From assembly GCF_018977255.1 (NCBI RefSeq), contig NW_024704742.1:83702001-83766000 (forward strand): 64,000 bases of DNA, in the 5' to 3' direction. The stretch is from Callorhinchus milii (Eukaryota). Below the pieces are notes generated by a model. That model worked only from the letters and a program-made list of their open reading frames with translations, was not told where the DNA came from and did no database searches. The translations under genes were made by a program, and so were the position numbers. Positions 39,727 through 53,300 of this stretch are shown here, piece after piece (position 1 is the first letter of the stretch; every line of letters begins with the position of its first letter).

Positions 39727-42700
39727 ACAAGGATTATTATTATTATGCCAAGAAGTTTGTCTTTGGTGCATTTGAAAAGTAAGTTTTTTTTTAAAAAAGT
39801 AACGTTTTAGATAATACAGCAATAAGGAAAAATCGCCAAATCCCAGGCAGCGGAAGCAAGGATGAATTCATCAGAATACATGTTGGAAAAGAGGATTATG
39901 ATGGAAGTTTGCAGAACTTTGTTTTGGTTATAATGGATTGATTACATTAGAGTTGACCATAACAAATATAAAAATGATAAATCTTCATATTTTGATACAC
40001 TTCTTAGAAACTCTCAAACCTGTTAAGTATAGTGATTGCGGCAGTTAATTTGCACATAGCAATGTCCCAAAAAGACACAAAGTGAATGACCAATTTTGTT
40101 TGGAGAATTGTTGGCCAGGAAACTCCCTTCTCTTTTCAAAGTCTGCCATGGGATCTTTAACATCCATCTGAACAGGCAGATGGGACCTCGATTTAACGTC
40201 TCTTCTGAAGGACGGCACATTTGGCAATGCAACGCTTCCCCCAACAAAATCTTTGAACTGGGTGACACTCTTTGAAACTAAACCATTAAAACTGGTCAAT
40301 TTTTTTTAAAAAAGGATATAGTATCAGTGTTGTTAACACCAACACATACTTGCTAAATTACACACCCTGTAAGAGTTTAAATGGCCCTTTGAAAATATTC
40401 CCTTTCTCTCTCTCTCTCCCCACCCCCAAACCCCACCATCCCCTTCCAGGGCTTGGCTAATAAAATACACTTGGTGATTTACAACTGGTTGCAGGACTGA
40501 CGGAGGTCCACAGAGACGCCAAGACCTTTCTCGTCATTATACATCATTATACATCTCCCCAAACGAACAGTTTCCGCAACAGGCAATTACACGCAAGAAG
40601 CATCCAAGAATCTGCACAAATGTCTCAAGTTATTGAACAGATGAAAATCTAACAAAATACAGTGGGTGGGTGGTGTTCGATGTCCAGGAAGCATCTGATT
40701 GCTGAACAAAAGCTACCCATGTAACACGCACGCACATCAGAGTTACAAGTCAGACAGACATAATCAAGGTAACACCAAGACCAAAATGGCAGCTTGAGAT
40801 AAATACAAAAAGTACAGTAAGCCTCAAGCTTGTGCTCCATTCTGACAGGATCCCCCCACCCCAACACCTTCACTGGGCCATTACTTATTCTTGAAGCGTC
40901 AAGCGTAGAGTAAGCTTATTAAAAGATCTTTTGCTATTAGGAACTCTCCATACATTACAGATAAGATTCCTCGAGCCACCGACAAATTAAACTGGGTAGA
41001 ATGCAAAGTGTGGGTGGGCATGCAAGAGAAGTGGGGGGGTGGGGTGACAATATGCAGAATAGCACTCATCAAAATGTAGAATAATCAAAGATTGGAAAGG
41101 AAAGGAGTTTTAATATGGAAACAAGACACATTTTGAAAGGAAACATGAAACACAATGGAGACGTTTCTCTCAGCAAAGGTGAAAAGTGGTCAATCAATCT
41201 GATGCCGTTCATAGCGTATGGCAAGTATCCTGAAGCCATCAGAACATATTTAGACTCTGAACAAATCACGTGCATTCTCTCTCTCTCTCTTCTGATACCA
41301 GCCTGTATTCTCAGCTTCAATTCCAGCTGTTCCCCCCTCACAACTTCTCTCCCTCCCCGAAAATCAGGCAGTCACCTGCTGTCTCGGTGCTATGCCATAC
41401 TTGTCTTTTTACCATTTAAAATCTATAGAAAGGCCAAGCAGAGAGAGGTCTGAAGCCCACTTTGGACCACTTGTTCAGTGGATTTGGACCACTTGTTCAG
41501 AATGAACCATCCTTCGGACTGCTCAATGATACTTGAAACTCAACAGAAAGACCAGACTGATTTTCTCCAGGAGCGATTTGAACTTCTGAGTATAGAAAAT
41601 GTTTCCCTAAAAGGCAAACAACTGTTGCCTCCAATAGAATGCAACATGCATTGTCACTCAAAGGAAATAAAATGTTAGTGTTAAGCTGAGGTCCAGTCTG
41701 TTCAGGTGGATGTTAAAGATCATGTGGCTCTATTACAAAAGAGTGCGGAGTTTCTCCCTATGTCCCGGCCAATAATCTCACAAATAAAATTGGTCACTCA
41801 CTCCATGGCTGTTTTAAGTGTGTTTTATAATAAAAATGTTTACGACAAAAACAGAAAATAATTTGCATCATGCCAGGAGGAAAGACCAACGGCATTTAAG
41901 ACATTGTATGGTATCAACTATAGGTCAAATATTAAAATAAGACCAGCTTCAGTTTGGAAAATAATATTTTTTTCCAACCAAAACAGCAGTTAAACGTTTT
42001 CTGTGAGTGATACCAATTTATTTTGGGTTTTACAGTCCAAAGTAAACCAACTTCATGAAAATGCTGCCATTGACTTAATTTTTTTAAAAAAAGAAAAATT
42101 GGCTAACTTTCCTGGTCAATGAATTGCACTAATATCTGATTTTGTTGTTAGAAAATTTACTCAAAAAAAAACTTGGGAGATTTGACAAATTGAATTTGAA
42201 CTCTCCAACATTTGCAAGTTTCTATTATGTGCTCATCTTTCAACTGCCTGTCAGGATAGAGTCCAAGAATGTCTCTCATCCGCTGATGACAGTTTACATT
42301 GCAGGAATAGAACAGTATCTGAAACAGCCTGAAGCTGGTGCTCGGATCCTGTTTGTTTACATAGAAATTTACAACACAATAGAAGGCCGTTTGGCCCATC
42401 ATGTCTGTGCTGTCTCTTTGTAAGATTTCTGATCTTTCAAAGCGCTCCGGGACGCAACCCCATGTGAAGGGCGCTATATAAATGCAAGAAAATACAAGTT
42501 ATAAAATGCAAATTTGTGTTGTTCAGCCTGAATTTCCTGCCTTTTCCCTATACCCTGGCAAATCCATAAGATGTCAATCCAGTTCCCTCTTGAAAAACAA
42601 CATGGATTTTGCTTGGACTAGAAAGCCTGGCCAGGCATTCCACATCTTAACAACTCTCTGTGTAAACGAACAATTGCTCCTCATCTCCCCCTTAGTTATT

Positions 42701-45700
42701 TATCTTAAACTGATGCCCTCTAGTCACTGGCGCACTGACCGTTGGAAATAATTTCTCTCCGTGGACAATCAAACCCCGTATACACTGTGGGGCAGAATCC
42801 AAAGTGCCAAGAACTGCACATGTTTAGCTTGTGCGTGTGCAGTTGTTTCCAACTTGTGATGTTCTCTGGCCGCAGAATTTTCCAAATCTCTGGGATAGGT
42901 CCAAACAAACAAGCCAGCAATGCCAAGACCACATGTCTGGCCTGCAAGGATGGGTTGGTGACAGCTCAAACCTTCAACTCAATCCACCTAAAACATGAGA
43001 ATCAATGTACCTTGTGTAAACTAGATGCAATGCCTATCCCAGCTGACCCAGGTGAGATTTGGACCCACTTTGAGATTCACAAACAAGTGGCTTCAGAGAC
43101 AATACCAACAGCACCTTATTTACATTGCAATTTTCTTGCTGAACACATGGCTGGCACCAAAGGCTGTGCTGGAACGTAAACATTATGTAATGGAAAGCAT
43201 AAGTTCACAAGTAAGAATTCTGGATTCCTGTAATATGAACTGCTCCGTTTCTTAGTCTGACACTCTCAATCTCTCCAACTGCACCTCATCACTGCTAGAT
43301 CTAAGGAAGCATCAACAGCTCATTGCACTCAACATACCTTTACAAACATTTACAGGTGTTCAGATAACAAACCACTCAAGTTTAGTTTTCATTATTCTTA
43401 GGATTATCTGATCCCTTTAACTGAAATACTGCTTGGTAATGTAGTTAAAGCTATAGATCAATATTTTTGAAGCTCCACTGTATTAACGCATTCTTTAAAG
43501 GTCTTGGTATTCAAAAATATGTATTATGCACATCAAAGGCTAATAATCATTTATTAATAAGCTAATAATCATCCACTTTACAGTATATCCTACATCAAAT
43601 GCAAGGATTATTATTATTATTATGCTGTGAAGTGCTTTGAGACATCTCAACAACATGATAAGTCACTATATCAAAATCAAATATTATTGTTAATAATAAT
43701 TGGAATAATCCTTGCGTTTGACACAGTATCTACAACATCGAAACACCTCAAAGTACTTTGCAGGTAATTACTGGCAAACGTAGTGCCTATTTATAGGTCA
43801 GTAATTGTTAAGAGAAATGTAGCTTTAAAATAAATCTCTTTTAACCCACAATCAAAGTCTTCCTTAATACAACACCACTACATCCATCAATTTGCATAAT
43901 CACAAGGTCAGAAACTTTTATGTAGTTATCAAGCAATTACTATTTGAATGATTGAGGTAACTGTGCCACATTCAAATCTCTCGACTCCAAACTGAAGCTT
44001 TTTGTTGTACATGGCTTGGAATGAATACGAATACAAAGATTTCAAAATATGGCTTTGATTCAACAGTAACTTGCATTTATATAGCGCTCTTCATGAGGTG
44101 TAGTGTCTCAGGAGCACAGAGCAGAATCTCTCGCTCTGCCCTCCTCAATGACCAAACAATAAAGACTTTGGTTCCTACTAATTTAAGTGTTCAAATAACG
44201 ATGAAATATTCGAAAGAACAGAAAGCAATAAACCTCATTTAAAAAGATAGTTCAGGACAGAAATTGAACTGGCGACATTTACATGCTCACAATAAGAACA
44301 ATCACTGTTTCCGGCTCGTACAATTCAGAGACTATAATTGATGAAGTTGTAACAAGCCTCAGCCAACCTATAGAGTGACCCAACTGCGACCGAGACAGAC
44401 AATCAATTGTTCTCACTACCATAATCAGTTTCTTGTCTTTGATATCTTTGCAAACCACTTTTTTCCACGCAACTACATTTTATCACTTGATCTGAATACA
44501 CCATTTTACCACCTCCAGCGCACTGCCACATTCCACCCACCCATATACCAATTTGCTTTGTGGTTTCTGATAGTACCCTTCCGGCAGCATTGGGCAAACC
44601 ACTTTATGTACAAGTTGCGCACTGGGACATCCCTTCACCTGGTGCTGACTGCAGTGAATGGAAAATATTGAAAAGGTTATCTTATATTACGTTATGCAGC
44701 TAACATTTAAAACTACTGACCTTCCATTAAACTGCACAATGTAAAACTGCTAACCGCTCAATTTTATAAAGAGCTCGCTATCTGTTATTTTACTCGTGCA
44801 ATATAAAACAACTAACAAAGCCTCTCTTACAAAGTCACCAGGCACCATTTTAAATAGAACCAGGACTTCCCCACCCAACCTGCAGGCTAGCCAAGAGTCT
44901 CAGGCAGTCCGTGTCCTGACAGACAGTCCAGCTGGTTGGGGGCGCGGGGGAAGAGAGAAAGTGCAGGAAAGCTGAGTGGGATGGTGTTACAAGACCCTCC
45001 ATTTCACTCTCTGCAACACATTCAGTACAGATCGGCACAATATGTAGATAGAATATGAATTTACATTTATATATAAACCCACTTGTTTCAATATATATCT
45101 GAAAAAAAGTAAATTCAAATGAATCCTGCACTGGCAACCAGATATCTCACACACTGGTTTAGACAGAGAGCTGTTGTGCGGCCCTTTTTGGCACCATCTC
45201 AAGAATTACAGCAGGGAAAACAAAATGGGGCTCCATCAGCCGCCAACTCCATGTCTTCGTTATGGAAAGGGTCTTTTCAGATCACAAAAATCTCCAGGGT
45301 GGACGTAACTCGATTCTTGAGGCTCTCAACCTCACCCACCCGCCTTCACCCTAATAATAATCCTTGCATTTGATGTAGCGCTTCACAAAATATCCTGTAA
45401 AGTGGATTGACTGTGTATGTTGTGGGAGAAACAAGGCAGCCAGTTGCACAGAAATGTCCCACAAACCTCCATGGAGTGAGTAACAATTTTTTTTATATAT
45501 ATATATATATATAAATTTGGGGCAATTCTTGGTCAGGACATCGTAAGAAACTGCCTTCTCTTTTTGAATTGTGCCATGGGATCTTTAAACATCCACCTGA
45601 ACAGGCAGATGGGACCTGACATGAGACAATGAATGAAGACTCATTTGTGAATGTTTATGTTAATTGGGAATTTCAACGAGAGGATAAATGGACACCACAG

Positions 45701-46467
45701 CCAAGCCTGCTCTGCCTGCCACTGACGTGTGGATTTTCCAACAGGAGCCACCAGATCGCAATAAATAGATGAAAATTGCAGCTTCCCGCTGTCTCCTCGG
45801 ATCAAGCACAGCAAGACCAACTACCATTCTAGCTGCACCCTTGGAAAGACTGAACTAAAAACCTCCATCATCGATATGGCTCAACCAAGTGAATTCAAAG
45901 CAAACTGAGATCGTTGTAAAATCATCCTTGCGTTTGATAGTGCTTTGAATTTTGAACTAAGTTCAACTAATTTGAACAAAAGGCAATGTCCCACTAACCG
46001 ACAAAGTGAACAACCAATTTTATCTGGAGAATTATTGGCCAGGACACCAGGAAGGAGAAACTACTTTTTTCAAGTAGTGCCATGGGATCTTTAATGGCTA
46101 ACTGAACAAACATTTTGATGATCCAATGTCTTATCCAAAGCACAGCATTTCCTTCTGACAATGTAGAACTCCCCCAATGTCAGCCTGAACTCTAAGCTCA
46201 AAGTCTCAACAAGGCGCTCAAACCAACAATGTACTGACCCAGATGCGAATGCTTCCAACTTACACCATAACACTGCTGTGTTTTTCCTTACTGAAAATAA
46301 CAGCTGTATATTGCATTGGAATGCATACAATTATCAATTTATTAGCAGCGAGCTCAAGGTTAATAATAATATTCCTGAGTTGAGCTCAAAATTACCAAGC
46401 GTTTACAGTTACTCAAGATTACGCATCCCATGTTGGAAATAGTTTAAACGATTAAAGCACAACTTGC

Positions 46468-46719
46468 CTTGTACAACCCGAAGCCTGGATCTATGAGAAA
46501 TGATCGAGTCGATGTGGTTGGACGATTCTTTTTATTGTTTTCCCCGCTGGAGGTTTTGTCACATTCGCTCTGCGAAGAACCACAGCCGGAGTCGCTGTCA
46601 GATAGCTCAATCTCATTTTCCTTTTTCTTCGCCGTGGAGGTCGAAGGCTGGCGGATCAGAAGTTGGATGATATCATTCAGTCCCACGTTGTAATCAAACA
46701 GTGTATGGCCATCTTCCAA
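46468..46719 (-). CDS. UHRF2: UHRF2 coding exon 2 (rest of UBL domain and UBL-TTD linker)
   Basis: Pyrimidine tract + CAG acceptor; translates LEDGHTLFDYNVGLNDIIQLLIRQ...LIDPGFGLYK; LIDPGFGxYK is UHRF2-type; ends at AAG|GCAAGT (GC donor), phase 0; 252 nt. Confidence 0.93.
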
Positions 46720-47798
46720 CTGGGGAGAGGGGTGGGGGGAAAAGAAAGATTTCTCGTCATACATCCTTCACATTACAATAGTTGGGCAGAAACAGAACAG
46801 TAGCTTTTACTGCACTAGATAATCATTCAATAAATATAAATAATACTAATACTTCTTGCATTTGATATTAGCACCTTATCACATCATTGAGACGTCTCAA
46901 AGGCTTCACAGAATATACAAATAAAAATACAAAGATTATTATTACTGTAGTGACTGTATATTTTGTGGGCAAAATACAGCAGCTAACTGCACACAACAGT
47001 GTCACACAAACAGTCAAGAATTAAGTGAGCCAATTTTTTTTATTTTTATATAAAGGATTACCTCTGGAAAGTGATCCGCCAATCATCTAACAACAGTATA
47101 AATATACACGAGCTCATTGACCCAATTCAGATTTAATTTGTAATAACAATCCTCTCTTTAGGTTCAAAATGTAATCAAGATCAATAGGATGAATTGCAAG
47201 CACCGGCTCATTAACATAAAAGGAAGCTGTGCATTGTGCACGTGGTTTTAAACTGAGGAAGTGCACTATCTTACTGTTATTACAATGCATCCATGAGATT
47301 CCCAGACCACGTGTCCAGTGAGAGCAAACGCCCTCTTATTGTGTGCCCCGCTGGACACATCTCTGCTTATGCTTATCACCGTTATGGCAATTTAGAATTT
47401 TTATATATTACACCTGAGCTTTGCATTCTAATTTGCGTGTACTCTTCCCGTAGGTAACTTGCCTTTCACCATTGCCCTAACAAGGTTTCGCTTTGAATTA
47501 CGTGACAGAAGAGCTGGTGACACAATGATACAGCACCAAGGTTATTCTCAAAAATGCACTCATATTTTACACAAATAACAGCAGTGTATACATTGTTTCC
47601 CAGGAAAATATACCCCGGACCAAGCTTGGAATAGTGCCAGTGCACCAATGCTAGATACCCTTCAGCTTTATGCCTTGCTTTGCCTTCATTAGATTGGTGT
47701 GGGAAGTTCAATCCAGATCATGCTCTGATCCGGGGCTGAAACTGAAACCAAAGTAATCCACAAGTTTCGTGAAAGATTCTCAGTTATGCTGGCTACAG

Positions 47799-48123
47799 AA
47801 TAATAATAATATTAATAATCCTTGCATTTGATATAGCGCTTTTCACATCGGGAGGACGTCCCAAAGCGCTTCACAGAACACACTGTAAAGTGAATTGACT
47901 GTATATTTGTGGGCGAACGCGGCAGCCAATTGTGCACAGCAATGTCCCACAAACAGTCGTAGATTGAAAATGACCAATTTATTATTGTTTTTGGTTTTGG
48001 AGGGATTATTATTAGGCGTGTGGAGTAAGGAAACTTGCCCAAGGTTTCGCCCTCTGCCTGGAATTGAACTCAGGTCTCTCACTTGCAAAGCGAGTGCTCT
48101 AACCACTGAGCTACAGGACTCCA
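47799..48123 (-). mobile_element. Full-length young family A SINE in intron 1
   Basis: Near-identical reverse complement of 5764-6068. Confidence 0.92.
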
Positions 48124-49929
48124 AATAAGTGACGTTTGAATGCTAATTTATAATAAATAATCCTTGTATTTGATATAGCACCTTACCACGTCGTTGCGAC
48201 ATCTCAAAATGCTTCAGAGAATATATTGTAAAGTAGATTGATACTATTTGTGGGTGAAATTTAAAAACACATAATGAACTAAAAACACTTATTTATTCTG
48301 AATCTACTTAGTTCAGTAAGTTGAAGCTGTGTTGTCCAGGGGCCTGGAAGAAAGGTTTGAAAAGTTACAACCCACTTTAAACAGACTCCTTTACATCTCT
48401 GTTCATGGAATGCAATTCACTGCTGAAAGAGTTTCTCTAGACATTTGCCATCATCTAAGCAAGCTATCAATACTATAATAACTGATATTTCTGGCAAAGT
48501 AATAAATGACTCATAAATATTACATGAATGTCTGAATGGACATTCAACGTGGATTTGTGAAAAAAATTCAAGACTATGAACCCTCTCTTTTCACTTAGAG
48601 TGGATGGACATCTTTCCCATTGATAAATCTTCAATTAGGATTTCTAGTGTAAATGAAAACAGTTTAGAGCGACTTCTGGTACTCTCCCAAGACTATTCTA
48701 TAACCTTCATAGAATATATTCATTCCATCAAGGCTCACGTTTCCAATGATTGTCAGCAGTTGAACAATTTTCTTGCTAACACTTTACACGCTCACTCCAC
48801 TGTGGTTCATAACCACTCTAATGCAGTGGCTCCCATTTCTTACTCAGACTGTAATTAAAGACCAAGGCAACCAAGTGGCTTCATACTGCCCTCAGAGATT
48901 AAAACAAGTACAGTGCCACGAAACGAGGCTAAGCTGTCTCAACTGATTTGATCTCATTTGCCTCAACTTTGAGATAAGTGTCGGGGGAGGGAGAAGGGGG
49001 GTAAGGGGGGGAAGGAGGTGAGGGGAAAGGGAAGTTAAGGAAGAAAAGTATTGATCGTTTAGGATGGCGGAGGATTGCCGAGAAACAGGTCTCCAGTTCT
49101 GAATCAGACCAGCAGATGGAGTTGAGTCTGCAAACAAGGCCCTCCATTTCCTCGCAGTCAGGTCAACAGCACACGAGAGCTTCCTACCCGCAAAGCCCAC
49201 GTCAATTTTAGGTAACAGGCCCGCTCATCAGGCCTGCTCTGAGACAAGTGACAAAGCAGTCAACGGCTGGACTAGTTTAAGGAGCAGTACTCCTCAAATT
49301 CCACAGTCAGTGTTAGAAAAGCTAACACCTCTGTTGCATTCAAAACAAAATGCTTCTAAAATCTTGTGAACCAGCTCTACCCTCATATCAGAATGAGTAG
49401 CTTCAACGCAGTCGTTTTTTCCCCACTTAGCAAGGAAGCACAATCCATGTAGCAATTTCACTTTCCCATTCATTCCCACATGACATTCAAGGATCAGCCA
49501 GGTGAGAATAACTGTGCTAACACGTGACCACTCCCCCCCACCCCACCCTCTGCCCCAAAACACAACACACAGGCATTCAAGATATTTTTAAATTTTCCAC
49601 CCTTCAAACCTGTTTTGCTTGAAATGAAATAGGTAAATAAGGGGAAGACAAACTCTAACAAGCAGGAAGTTTCAGGCATTAACTTTTTTTTAGAAAGAAA
49701 AAACACTTCAAACACAGACCATTTTAACATTATGGCAATCCAGTGTTAAGTCATACACTGTATAGCCTTGTTCTCAGGCCTTGTTTTAATTCCTTTCACA
49801 AGACACAGAATAGGCCATGTCCAAATACAGAATCAATTTACATCAATACATAAATTTTACTAAATCAAATATCCATCCATTCCTCATTCGAAAACTTGGT
49901 GCATTAATGTATAAATGTTGAAATGGACA

Positions 49930-50330
49930 GCCCCAGTGATGTAGTGGATAGAGCTGCAGCTTATGCCATTTGGCTCTCTAGTTTGAATCAGTCCATGCTG
50001 TATTTACTGGTCTCACCCTGCAGCAGGAGGATATATGGTCCCCAATCTTCCCAGGGTTAGGGAGGGGGAAACTAGCCTGGTTCCTGCTCTTGATCCTTTT
50101 ACACCACCCTTTACTGGTTGTGTGTGTGTGTGGTAGCCAGATAGGGGAAGTCAGGGTTGGCTGCGATGCCATCAGTCAAGTGGCCTGTGGACAATATCAA
50201 GGCCCACACATTAACACTGGTCACTTGGGAGGGGTATCAGAGGGTAACCAGCACCTATGGAACCACACCCCAGCAAGAGGAGGCAGAGCCAGGAGCAGAG
50301 AGGTGTATACCAATGGGAAGAAAATCAGAA
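49930..50330 (+). mobile_element. Near full-length AmnSINE2-like ancient SINE
   Basis: CCCAGGGTTAGGGAGGGGGAAACTAGCCTGGTTCCTGCTCTTGATC and GGTCACTTGGGAGGGGTATCAGAGGG...ATGGAACCACACCCCAGCAAG match the AmnSINE2 consensus as I recall it. Confidence 0.7.
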
Positions 50331-53300
50331 AAATAATTGTACACTCTAAATTCATATAAAAAAAGTTGCAATAACTAAGAGTCAAGTTGCCTGATGCAGA
50401 TGGTTATTCATACTCAGATCCAGCCAGATAAGATACTACTGAAAGTTAGATTGTGGGAGTTTGCTATGTGGAATTCCAGTTTTTCATAAATCAAACATCC
50501 AAAAAAAAACAAATCTGTGTGATCAAACATGAAGAAAACTAGTTAATTTAACTTCAGGCAGTCTGGCATTAATGCATTCATTGTGTAAACTTACAGTGGT
50601 TCATAAAGCACTCGCTCCCCTACTCTTCACATAAAGAATCAAAACTCCCAATTCATGCTTGGGATAGTGGGGAGAAAGGGAGGAGGAAAGAGCAGTGATC
50701 TCACAACAGTTACCTAAATGCTAGCCTAACTTTTATTCAACAAGACTGGCAAATTAAGCGCAACTGTATCAAACGGCCAGATTTTGTACTGTAATGTGAC
50801 TCATTTCCACCACAAACTTAACTGAGACAGTCACAATCCATTTCTTTTTAGAAAGGATATACAATAGCCATCAAAGAGAAAGGAAAAAAAACCTCACCCA
50901 CTCCCCCATCTCCGGAACTGTCTAGACTGGATATAAAACTGTATGCAATTTTAACTGCTGCATCCAGTCCACCTGCTAAAGTAACACTTTGTGATGGATA
51001 AAATGTACAGTATTACACAAATACAGTACTCTGTTATGAACCATGTCTTATCTTACAAAGACATGTGGCAGTGCTGCCTTTGCACCCAAGCATGCACGTT
51101 TAATTTTGAGAATATAGATAAGAAATAAATGTTATGTGCACATTTAATCTGATTTACTTTAAAAGCTCGGAAAAAGAACACACAAGAATACAACAAACCA
51201 TGCAGTCTGCAAATGACAAGTTTTAAATGCAGTTTACCACATAGCACTAAGGGAGCTGCCAGCTTTACACATTTATTTTCTTAATAGTAATAAGTGTAAC
51301 TTTTATCACAGCTTCTTTCGCACCCGCAACCCCCCTCACCATCTATTTATGAAAAGCATCTCGCCACTTGTCCTGATAATATAATCGAACAAAACTGGCT
51401 GAGAAGAGTAACCAAAATGAACACTGCGACACAGATGAATTAACATGCGCAGTTCAAATGACCCCCATCACTGAACCACCTTGGAATTACGGCATAATTT
51501 GCAGATGTTAAAGGAATACTCCAATGGTATAAGCAAATTGTTGGCAAAAAATAGAATTAGCACTATCAACTCTTAATGCCACATTTCTACTGCAAAAGAC
51601 TCCAGAATTAGCTTGAATACCTCTTTTATAGTGCGGGGGTGGGGGGGCAGCGGGGGGTAACGGCAACAAGTTCACATTGCAGATGTCTCCAGGGTTGCAA
51701 ATCAAGACTAGGTATTTTCTAACTGTCTTTTTGAATGTGTGGGGAACATTGATGCAGCCCAACAATACAAAAGCATATTGTCCCTGGGTGACCAGGGTTC
51801 TCACCCTAGTGATCCAGGGTGAGAACACCATTTGCCATGCCGTCTCCAGGAGCAAGAGAAAAAACAATTCCAGAATCGATTGTTAGTTTTCTTCTAAAGG
51901 TTCTTCCAAAGGCAGTACCACCAAGTCACTGCATTTCATTACAGCAGCACGGCAACATAAACACAGCTCAATGTCTCTTGGTCAGTCTTTGCTTTTGAAA
52001 GAAAAAAAAGTGTTCGGCTCACATGCTGCAACACTGAAGTGAGACAATTACAGAGTGAGATACTGTACACTGTCCAGCACCTTGGGACGTCCTCTTGACG
52101 TGAAAGGCGCTAAACAAATGTAATCTTGCTGTGGTGGGGGAATGGTCAGTACTGTAATACTATACTAACCATGTACAAAAAAAATCTTCCTTTCCAACAT
52201 TATGAATTACGATATTTTAACGTTTGCTTTATTTCAGTCCTTTTTAAAAAAAACACAACTTTTTTTTCTTCCTGAGCTCTTAAAAAAAAACTTGTATTTG
52301 TATAGTGCCTTTTGTGTGGGATAACGTCTTGAAGCATTGAACCCCACTTATTTTTAATTTGGACCCTACCTCCAAAATTAGATTTTAAATAGTTGAAAAC
52401 CTGCTTAGGCCAACTTTTTTCCCTCAGTTAATTAAGACTCAGAAATTTAACACAGAAGTTTGGCAGCATCAATCAACAAGAACAACAACTTGCATTTATA
52501 CAGTGCCTTTCACTTCAGGAGCGTGCACCCAGGCCCTGGACAATGAGTGATTTAAACCTGAGCTGCGGGTTGGGATCAGAGAGGAGTGGAGGGCAAGGCA
52601 GGGGGAGGAGGGAAGATGATCGAAGACACGGTCAAAAAGGCAGGTCTTGAGCCAGGCCTTGAAAGAGGCAGAGAGGAGGGGTGGGGGGGAAAGGAGGACA
52701 TATCAAGACGTATTTCCCCCTTTTTTGAGTTGGTCTCAAATGAACAGTAAGTACATCTATGTTGAGTAAAAGAGTCATTTATCCATTCTGATTTATGAAG
52801 CCTGAACATACTGCTTTAGAAATTGTTTGATAAATTATTTTGACGAAAATCTGTGAAGTAATGGTGAACTTCTATTGTAAAAATAAGTATTCTGATTGGC
52901 AAAGCAATTGCACACGGCCCAGAAAATTCATCAACTATAGAGGTTTAATTTTCAGTCGTTATTTCAAAACCTAAAGCAATATTTCAAACCACTCACCCCA
53001 TTATTGTCTTTCTTATTTTGTACGTCATTTTACAAAAGACAATTAAAGAGTTAGACCGCAGTAACACTAAGTAACCACTCTTGGTATCAGAATAATCAAT
53101 TCTTGTTGACAGTTTCTTTAAGAAATCATTACATTCAGGATTTAGTATACAGTGAAAACGTAATCCTAAATGTAAAAAGAAATTGCAAGATCACTATAAA
53201 ACAATGAAAATATTTAATACTATATTTACAATTACCATATATGTTGATTGTACACACGTCACCAAAAAAAGGACTTCCAATTTCATTAATGTTACGTGGT

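Noticed and set aside
41461..41500. 18-nt direct repeat TTTGGACCACTTGTTCAG twice
   Set aside because: Simple local tandem duplication with a 4-nt gap; nothing suggests function.
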